Virus record (IMG/VR): IMGVR_UViG_2695420596_000010
DNA length: 5,938 nt
Source of the DNA: a virus
Lineage: Duplodnaviria > Heunggongvirae > Uroviricota > Caudoviricetes
Direction: 5' to 3' (one strand)
Each line of letters starts with the position of its first letter. Position 1 is the first letter of the stretch. A model generated the notes under the pieces. That model was given only the letters and a program-made list of their open reading frames with translations, made no database searches and was not told the DNA's origin. Positions 1 to 4,777 of this stretch are shown in pieces. Position numbers and translations under genes: made by a program.

Positions 1-678
1 GGTATAACAATCGACGATTGCTGGAAAGGCTGGGCCATACTCCTCCGGCAGAAGCAGAAAAAGCTTATTATGCTTCCATCGGAAACGATGATCTGGCAGC
101 CTGAGTTCACAGATAAAACACTCTCCAGGAAACCCGGGGCGGTTCACAGAGGATTCGCCAGAATTCTCGGACGAAAAAGGTTTTATATTGTCTTTTGTTA
201 GTTTGTCTTTTGTGTTTACCTGATTCGGGTAAACGCCTTTACCTGATTTGGGTAAACTTTTTTTACCTGATTCAGGTAAATTTACCTCTTTCAGGTAAAC
301 TTTATTTTTCTTACCTGATTCGGGTAATGTTGACCATTCACTGACCACATTATTAATGCCGATATTCCGCCCGCTCTGAATAAGAATCCCACGCTTTACC
401 AGAACGCTTTTTGCAGCAGAACACTTGTGCGGCAATATCCCGGTCAATTCGGAAAGTTGCTCGTTGCTCACCCAATCCAGTCTTTTATTAAAGCCATATG
501 TTTTGCGCATGACAGCCAGGAAGACCAGAAGCTGGTGCTGTGTTAATCCGGCCAGCATCACAGCTTCCAGCAACTCATTTGCAATGCGCGTATAACCATC
601 GTCGAGATCTGCCACGCGCCGCTCCTTTTGTGCCACATCCGGCACTGGAAAATTGAATATCTCAGCAGTGTTTGCCAT
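1..678 (-). CDS. Replication initiator, lambda O-like (N-terminal iteron-binding domain plus linker); partial, 3' end lies beyond the left edge of the window
   Basis: Manual translation of the minus strand from ATG (complement of 676-678), preceded by GGGAGG (complement of ~683-688), gives MANTAEIFNFPVPDVAQKERRVADLDDGYTRIANELLEAVMLAGLTQHQLLVFLAVMRKTYGFNKRLDWVSNEQLSELTGILPHKCSAAKSVLVKRGILIQSGRNIGINNVVSEWSTLPESGKK... with no stop before position 1. This resembles my recollection of the lambda O N-terminus (ADLDDGY..., LRKTYGWNK, SQLSE motifs). The iterons lie inside the coding sequence, as in lambda O. Absent from the supplied ORF track, presumably because the ORF is open at the window edge. 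Confidence 0.8.
   Translation of the reverse strand, partial: MANTAEIFNFPVPDVAQKERRVADLDDGYTRIANELLEAVMLAGLTQHQLLVFLAVMRKTYGFNKRLDWVSNEQLSELTGILPHKCSAAKSVLVKRGILIQSGRNIGINNVVSEWSTLPESGKKNKVYLKEVNLPESGKKSLPKSGKGVYPNQVNTKDKLTKDNIKPFSSENSGESSVNRPGFPGECFICELRLPDHRFRWKHNKLFLLLPEEYGPAFPAIVDCYT
181..214. other. AT-rich tract flanking the iterons (candidate DNA-unwinding element of the origin)
   Basis: ttttatattgtcttttgttagtttgtcttttgtg is strongly AT-rich and contains two copies of TTGTCTTTTGT. It lies on the gene-distal side of the iterons, the same relative arrangement as in ori-lambda. Confidence 0.5.
215..328. repeat. Origin iteron array: five ~19-bp direct repeats, each an internal dyad TTACC-N7-GGTAA
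   Basis: Read directly: TTTACCTGATTCGGGTAAAC (215-234), TTTACCTGATTTGGGTAAAC (238-257), TTTACCTGATTCAGGTAAA (262-280), TTTACCTCTTTCAGGTAAAC (281-300), TTACCTGATTCGGGTAAT (311-328). Spacing is 19-30 bp. Located within the O-like gene like ori-lambda iterons. Confidence 0.8.
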
Positions 679-764
679 AATTCCTCCCGCAATGAGTGTG
701 TTACGATTTGCACCTGAAAGTCGGTTCTGTTCGCGCAGACCGGCTTTCGCCATTTCCGAACCTG

Positions 765-1310
765 TCATATTGCCCCCAGCATGGTGGTGACCATCGCCAT
801 CAGTGGACCAGCCAAATCCGGGTCCACACGAAACATCGACACAATGCCTTCACTCATCTCCTTCAGTTTCTGGTGGCGTGGTGCGTTGAGAATGACAGCC
901 TGTTTTGCCTCACTGAGTTCCTTTTCCATTTCAGCCAGCCGAGCCATGTAGCTATCCTGCTCAACCAGGTGGCCGCGATATTCCAGCGGTAGTACCGCCA
1001 GAATTGCCGGGGTCAGTTCACGCACGTTATTTCGGTATTTTTCAGAATCGAATTTGTTATCGAGGAAGCGGAACAGCTTCTGGCGTGCACGGCTGACATC
1101 ATCAGGGAAATCGATGGTGCCGCCGCCCTGCTCCCGATACTCATTCACAATGAGTGCGGCAACAACATCCTGATTATCTGCAGCCGACCAGGCGCGAACG
1201 GCATCACGGATTTTTTCGTGGCCTGGCGCCTGTTTTGTTTGAGAACGATTTATCACCGCAGTCGGGCTAAATCCGCTAGTCTGTTGGTATGTAAGTGGTT
1301 GCATAGTCAT
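765..1310 (-). CDS. YdaT-like / CII-type phage regulatory protein (transcriptional regulator in the cII position)
   Basis: 181-aa ORF with ATG start and AAGG a few nt upstream, lying downstream of the cro-like gene on the same strand. Motifs EYREQGGG and PAILAVLPLEYRGHL resemble what I recall of YdaT-family proteins of Rac-type prophages. Family assignment is from memory only. Confidence 0.55.
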   Translation of the reverse strand: MTMQPLTYQQTSGFSPTAVINRSQTKQAPGHEKIRDAVRAWSAADNQDVVAALIVNEYREQGGGTIDFPDDVSRARQKLFRFLDNKFDSEKYRNNVRELTPAILAVLPLEYRGHLVEQDSYMARLAEMEKELSEAKQAVILNAPRHQKLKEMSEGIVSMFRVDPDLAGPLMAMVTTMLGAI

Positions 1311-1334
1311 TGCCTTATCAGTTAACGCCGCAGT

Positions 1335-1568
1335 TTAGGCGGCAGAATTACTCGCGTTAAACAATGGTGCGAGGTCGGGACGAATATCTGCTGGTTTAAT
1401 CTTTCCACCAGTGGCTGAGACAATTTTCATTACATAGCGGGCATCAATTCCGCCACCGTGTAGCCAACGCCAAACTGTGGGTTGGGCTACACCGCATAGA
1501 TCTGCCAGTCGTTTTTGACTACCTGTAATACTGATTGCGAGTTGAATGGTTTGATTTGTCATTATCAA
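1335..1568 (-). CDS. Cro/YdaS-like HTH DNA-binding protein (lytic-side repressor)
   Basis: 77-aa ORF divergent from the CI-like gene. Sequence GSQKRLADLCGVAQPTVWRWLHGG is a typical Cro/YdaS-type HTH. The track start at 1568 is a TTG codon; the in-frame ATG at 1560-1562 (MTNQ...) is the more likely start. Confidence 0.7.
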   Translation of the reverse strand: MIMTNQTIQLAISITGSQKRLADLCGVAQPTVWRWLHGGGIDARYVMKIVSATGGKIKPADIRPDLAPLFNASNSAA

Positions 1569-1593
1569 TTCCTATTGGTATTGCAATGAATGA

Positions 1594-1622
1594 ATAATAG
1601 CAATGCGTATTAATCCAAGCAA
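1594..1622 (-). promoter_or_regulatory. Candidate pR-like sigma70 promoter for the cro-like operon
   Basis: On the minus strand: -35 TTGCTT (complement of 1617-1622), 17-bp spacer, -10 TATTAT (complement of 1594-1599). The dyad at 1596-1611 overlaps the -10 and spacer. Found by eye, not scored. Confidence 0.4.
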
Positions 1623-1636
1623 TAGCAAAACGTGTT

Positions 1637-1665
1637 TTGACCATCAATACGCAAGCGTATAAATT
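1637..1665 (+). promoter_or_regulatory. Candidate pRM-like promoter producing a leaderless CI-like mRNA
   Basis: -35 TTGACC (1637-1642), 17-bp spacer, -10 TAAATT (1660-1665). The predicted start falls at about 1672-1673, on the ATG at 1673, and no Shine-Dalgarno precedes that ATG. The dyad at 1647-1660 overlaps the spacer. Confidence 0.4.
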
Positions 1666-1672
1666 AAAACTT

Positions 1673-2365
1673 ATGAAAAAAGAAACTCTTGCTGATCGCT
1701 TAAACCTAGCGATGGAACAATCTGGAATGTCTCAAGGCGCTCTTGCAAAGGCGTCTGGCGTAGCTCAACCCACAATCTGGAGACTGACAAGCGGCAACGC
1801 TCGCGGCTCAACAAAAATTGTTGAAATAGCTAATGCATTGGGTGTTCGAACAGAATGGCTCTCATCAGGCATAGGCCCGATGAGAAATGACGGTCAACAA
1901 TCAGGGAAGCCTGCTGTCAGCCATTCAAAATACTTCAAAATTGACGTTCTTGATATAGAAGTCAGTGCCGGGCCGGGAGTCATCAACCGTGAGTTTGTAG
2001 AAGTTCTACGCTCGGTTGAGTACTCGTTTGACGATGCTCGTCACATGTTCGATGGTAGGAAGGCAGAAAATATCCGCATCATTAACGTACGCGGTGACAG
2101 CATGTCAGGAACGATCGAACCAGGTGATCTTCTGTTCGTTGATATCACGGTTAAATCTTTCGACGGTGATGGTATCTATGCGTTTCTGTATGACGACACA
2201 GCCCATGTAAAGCGCCTGCAAATGATGAAGGATAAGCTGCTAGTTATCTCTGATAACAAGAGCTACTCACCGTGGGACCCGATCGAGAAAGACGAGATGA
2301 ACCGGGTATTCATCTTCGGGAAAGTCATCGGAAGCATGCCGCAGACGTATAGGAAGCATGGGTAG
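1673..2365 (+). CDS. CI-like prophage repressor: N-terminal XRE-type HTH plus C-terminal S24 (LexA-like) autopeptidase domain
   Basis: The track ORF 1637..2365 begins at a TTG; the first ATG is 1673 (MKKETLADRLNLAMEQSGMSQGALAKASGVAQPTIWRL = HTH). The C-terminal half has the S24 signatures: a candidate Ala-Gly cleavage site (EVSAGPG), the serine motif RGDSMSGTIEPGDLLFVD and the lysine motif HVKRL. This implies RecA/SOS-inducible autocleavage. Confidence 0.85.
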   Translation: MKKETLADRLNLAMEQSGMSQGALAKASGVAQPTIWRLTSGNARGSTKIVEIANALGVRTEWLSSGIGPMRNDGQQSGKPAVSHSKYFKIDVLDIEVSAGPGVINREFVEVLRSVEYSFDDARHMFDGRKAENIRIINVRGDSMSGTIEPGDLLFVDITVKSFDGDGIYAFLYDDTAHVKRLQMMKDKLLVISDNKSYSPWDPIEKDEMNRVFIFGKVIGSMPQTYRKHG

Positions 2366-2476
2366 TGAAGGACGTGTCAACTCTATTTTGTAAGCTATCC
2401 AGACTCACAGTTGCAGATCGACGAGTAACTTACATACAGCACAAAAAAACAATATGCACGTGCTTTTAGACTAGAC

Positions 2477-2491
2477 TTACCATAATGGTAA
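2477..2491. promoter_or_regulatory. Palindrome TTACC-ATAAT-GGTAA at the 5' end of the toxin gene; candidate autoregulatory operator of the TAC operon
   Basis: Perfect 5-bp inverted arms separated by 5 bp, overlapping the ATG at 2485. MqsA-family antitoxins are known to bind short palindromes in their own promoters; the assignment here is inference. Confidence 0.4.
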
Positions 2492-2895
2492 CAAGTATGA
2501 TTCTTAGCAGATATGTGGGAACTCCTCCCCGTGATGGCGAGGACAGAAAGATTCAAGGTGGTCCGCTTTATTTAGATATCATTGATTTGATTGATGAATG
2601 TGACACACTGCCTTGGACTAGACGGTGTATCAGGGATGTTCAATCGCTTTCTTTAGATGCAGATGACATCAAATCTATGGTGATAAAAGCAGTCACTAAA
2701 GGGAGATTTCTAGGTTCAGAATGGTGTCAAGGCAGTAAACCAGGTGTATGGGCAGCTTGTGATGCTTATAGCTTTGAGCACTCATTTTGGTGCCAAGCTA
2801 TGCATAAAGAACTTAATAACGAGTTCTACATTAAATTTTTTGTAAACATTACTGGCAATGTAGTGCTTACAGTATCTCTTCATCTCTCTAATTGA
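2485..2895 (+). CDS. MqsR-like toxin (type II toxin-antitoxin toxin, RelE/MqsR-fold mRNA interferase family)
   Basis: 136-aa ORF directly upstream of an MqsA-like antitoxin. By eye it aligns with E. coli MqsR (PLYLDIIDLI...LSLDADD..., EFYIKFFVNITGNVVLTVS versus MqsR QVYLKITVIHDVLIVSF). Toxin-before-antitoxin order is characteristic of mqsRA. The start is uncertain: 2485 has no clear RBS and 2497 is an in-frame alternative. The region is AT-rich. Confidence 0.6.
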   Translation: MVTSMILSRYVGTPPRDGEDRKIQGGPLYLDIIDLIDECDTLPWTRRCIRDVQSLSLDADDIKSMVIKAVTKGRFLGSEWCQGSKPGVWAACDAYSFEHSFWCQAMHKELNNEFYIKFFVNITGNVVLTVSLHLSN

Positions 2896-2919
2896 GTGAT
2901 GATAAATGAGGATTTTTAT

Positions 2920-3507
2920 ATGAGAAACAACAACATATGTCCAGTTTGTGGTGTAGGTCATCTCACCGTGGAGATGGAGTATGATGATGTTACTTATAAA
3001 GGGGAAACAAAAAATCTCCCAATAAGGTTTTCTGTGTGTGATCAATGTGGTTCGGAAACTGCCACACCAGTCGATTTACGAGAAAACAAACGAATTTTCA
3101 ATGAATACAAAAAGTCTATCGATGGACTTTTAACAGGAAAAGAATTAAAAAAAATTAGAACTGAAGTATGGATGATAACCCAGCAAAAGGCATCCTCTAT
3201 ATTTGGTGGGGGGCCTAAGGCATTTTCCAAGTATGAATCTGATGATGTCATTCAATCAGAAGCAATGGATAAACTGATGCGTTTAGCAGCAGAAGTTCCT
3301 GATGCATTCAAAAGGTTACGGGAATTATCTGGCGAAATCAAAGTTGAAAGAACAGTCTCATCATCTAAATCTTTACCTATATGGAAATCTGAAGCAAAAG
3401 CACAATTTGAAAACGATGATCAGGGATTTGACAGCAAATCACCAGCCCAAACAAAAATGAATCAAACATCAATAAAGATAAAAACTGTTGCTAAGCGGGT
3501 AGCATGA
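2920..3507 (+). CDS. MqsA-like antitoxin: N-terminal zinc-ribbon, central XRE-type HTH, and a ~60-70-aa C-terminal extension (candidate chaperone-addiction segment)
   Basis: Motifs CPVCGVGHL and VCDQCGSE (zinc ribbon), then ITQQKASSIFGGGPKAFSKYESDD, closely resembling the MqsA HTH (LTQKEASEIFGGGVNAFSRYEKG). GAGGA (2908-2912) sits 7 nt upstream of ATG 2920. The track ORF begins at GTG 2896, immediately after the toxin stop (2893-2895). The C-terminal tail (from ~3300) has no counterpart in the 131-aa E. coli MqsA. Confidence 0.8.
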   Translation: MRNNNICPVCGVGHLTVEMEYDDVTYKGETKNLPIRFSVCDQCGSETATPVDLRENKRIFNEYKKSIDGLLTGKELKKIRTEVWMITQQKASSIFGGGPKAFSKYESDDVIQSEAMDKLMRLAAEVPDAFKRLRELSGEIKVERTVSSSKSLPIWKSEAKAQFENDDQGFDSKSPAQTKMNQTSIKIKTVAKRVA

Positions 3508-4007
3508 TGAATGAACTTCTTAGATCAGCAATAGACGCATTATCAATAATGCATATCAATATCAGAGAATCTAACTTTGCTTTTTCTGAAGGGTATAATA
3601 GCTTTAACTTCAACAGCATAAATAAGCAAACACAATCATTTCGTAAGATAAAAAAAATCGAAGCTATTGAATTAGTAAGTGACGATGACTCATTAAAAAA
3701 TGAGCTATATTACTCTTTTCACTACTCAGTTGGGCTTAGATTTATTGCAAAATCCGAAGAAACATCTAAAGACGAAAATGATGTTGATACAATTTTTTCT
3801 ATAGAAGCAATTTTTGAGGCGATATATCGCTCAAAGAGAGAATTATCTAAAGAAGAGTTAGAAGAATTTGCTAAGCAAAATGTAGGTTTTAATGTATGGC
3901 CTTTTTGGCGAGAGTATGTTCAAAACAGCACATCCAGAATGGGAATTACTACAATAGCTATACCATTCTTTAAATTCAATAAATCAGACATACCTTCATT
4001 AGATTAA
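3504..4007 (+). CDS. SecB-like chaperone (third component of a toxin-antitoxin-chaperone module)
   Basis: 167-aa ORF whose ATG overlaps the antitoxin stop (ATGA at 3504-3507), suggesting translational coupling. The C-terminal half aligns by eye with E. coli SecB (TIFSIEAIF versus GIFSIAGI; NVWPFWREYVQNSTSRMGITTIAIPFFKFN versus [29 protein letters not shown]). Confidence 0.7.
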   Translation: MMNELLRSAIDALSIMHINIRESNFAFSEGYNSFNFNSINKQTQSFRKIKKIEAIELVSDDDSLKNELYYSFHYSVGLRFIAKSEETSKDENDVDTIFSIEAIFEAIYRSKRELSKEELEEFAKQNVGFNVWPFWREYVQNSTSRMGITTIAIPFFKFNKSDIPSLD

Positions 4008-4021
4008 ATTCAAATATAACT

Positions 4022-4048
4022 CCCGGCTACCGTGCCGGGTTTTCTTTT
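4022..4048 (+). terminator. Rho-independent terminator of the TAC operon
   Basis: Stem CCCGGC (4022-4027), loop TACCGT, stem GCCGGG (4034-4039), followed by TTTTCTTTT (4040-4048), 15 nt after the chaperone stop codon. Confidence 0.65.
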
Positions 4049-4189
4049 GCCCTCCCCCCATCACACAAACCGTTCAAAAAACCACCACGACCTCACTTCA
4101 GTTATCGCTATGCGATGCAAGTCACAAAATTAATTCTTTTTGCTATCAAACATTTAATATCAAAACACATCAACTAATAGCAATAAGCA

Positions 4190-4218
4190 TTGATATCACC
4201 AATAGCAATAGCTATTAT
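4190..4218 (+). promoter_or_regulatory. Candidate pL-like promoter with overlapping operator dyad (OL-like)
   Basis: -35 TTGATA (4190-4195), 17-bp spacer, -10 TATTAT (4213-4218), reading towards int. The dyad AATAGC-AATA-GCTATT (4201-4216) overlaps the spacer and -10, and matches 13 of 16 positions of the OR-region site AATAGCAATGCGTATT (1596-1611). Confidence 0.5.
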
Positions 4219-4411
4219 CACCATATCGCAACAACACAACGATACGGCAACCACCTGATTCACCGTTGCGATGACCGCTTAGATCCGCAGCTTGAATTTC
4301 AGCAGGCTTCGGGGAGTGCGAGGGATGAAACGGACGCGTGAACGTCGGTGTGACCAGCTGAAATCAACTCAACATTTCATACCTTAGTCGCTTCAACGAG
4401 GCGGCTTAGTT

Positions 4412-4702
4412 ATGACAACCGGCGGCCATCCACCGCCTGAATACGCGCAGAAGTCTTTATATGTTCAGCAGCCCAGCTTACGGGCAGGAGTTTTTATGGT
4501 TCATCAACATTACGGAACGCAGACCGTTAATCGCGGTGCGGTCATGCCAGGAATGCTGGTCAAACGCAAAGATGGTACCTGGACTGCATCAGCTAATTTA
4601 CACGGACGACTTTATCTGCATCGCGGCATTGAGCGCACTTATACCCGTGACTTGCTCGTGGAAGTTTTTCTCGACGGACGCGGCAACGGTCTGAATCACT
4701 AA
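4412..4702 (+). CDS. Hypothetical protein (no recognisable family)
   Basis: 96-aa ORF with ATG and a weak GAGG ~10 nt upstream, between the pL-like promoter and int. No recognisable motif; it is not lambda-Xis-like or N-like. An alternative-frame ORF (4461..4694) overlaps it, so coding status is uncertain. Confidence 0.3.
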   Translation: MTTGGHPPPEYAQKSLYVQQPSLRAGVFMVHQHYGTQTVNRGAVMPGMLVKRKDGTWTASANLHGRLYLHRGIERTYTRDLLVEVFLDGRGNGLNH

Positions 4703-4777
4703 TCCCCTTTCCTGTTTTCCGAATCAGCCTGGCATTCCGCGGGCGATTTTTTCACAGCCATTTTCAGGAGTTCAGCC

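Larger units (their letters stand above)
1569..1672. promoter_or_regulatory. Divergent OR-like operator/promoter region between the cro-like and CI-like genes
   Basis: ~100-bp intergenic region with dyad sites AATAGCAATGCGTATT (1596-1611) and ATACGCAAGCGTAT (1647-1660, perfect 6-bp arms), plus further AGCAAT(A) half-site-like copies (1580-1630). Confidence 0.6.

Noticed and set aside
696-992. Plus-strand 98-aa ORF
   Set aside because: It lies entirely antisense to the YdaT/CII-like gene and the 5' end of the O-like gene, with no RBS and no recognisable motifs. Treated as a spurious shadow ORF.
1637-1672. TTG at 1637 as the start of the CI-like gene (as in the ORF track)
   Set aside because: It overlaps the best -35 hexamer and the operator dyad, and a 12-residue N-terminal extension ahead of the HTH is atypical. 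The ATG at 1673 with a leaderless arrangement is preferred, though not proven.
2016-2210. Plus-strand 64-aa ORF inside the CI-like gene
   Set aside because: It is an alternative frame within the well-supported S24 peptidase domain coding region, so an overlapping-frame artefact.
2455-2462. Perfect 8-bp palindrome GCACGTGC upstream of the toxin gene
   Set aside because: It is too short to call a specific operator and has no flanking symmetry. It may be a secondary antitoxin or host-factor site but is not supportable.
2782-3251. Minus-strand ORFs 2782..3045 and 3042..3251
   Set aside because: They are antisense to the MqsR-like and MqsA-like genes in an AT-rich region where chance ORFs are common, and have no motifs or start signals.
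4194-4222. Two direct copies of TATCACC (4194-4200 and 4216-4222), the lambda operator half-site
   Set aside because: It was tempting to call these lambda cI operators. However they are direct rather than inverted repeats, they coincide with the -35 and -10 of the predicted promoter, and the repressor in this window is not lambda cI. More likely a chance or promoter-derived match.
4461-4694. Alternative-frame 77-aa ORF overlapping the 4412..4702 ORF
   Set aside because: Both cannot be resolved from sequence alone. The 4412 frame has the better start context, so only that one is reported, at low confidence.
4412-4777. Search for an excisionase (xis) upstream of and overlapping int
   Set aside because: No small basic winged-helix-like ORF overlaps the int start on the plus strand, and the 96-aa ORF does not resemble lambda Xis. 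Xis appears absent from this window.
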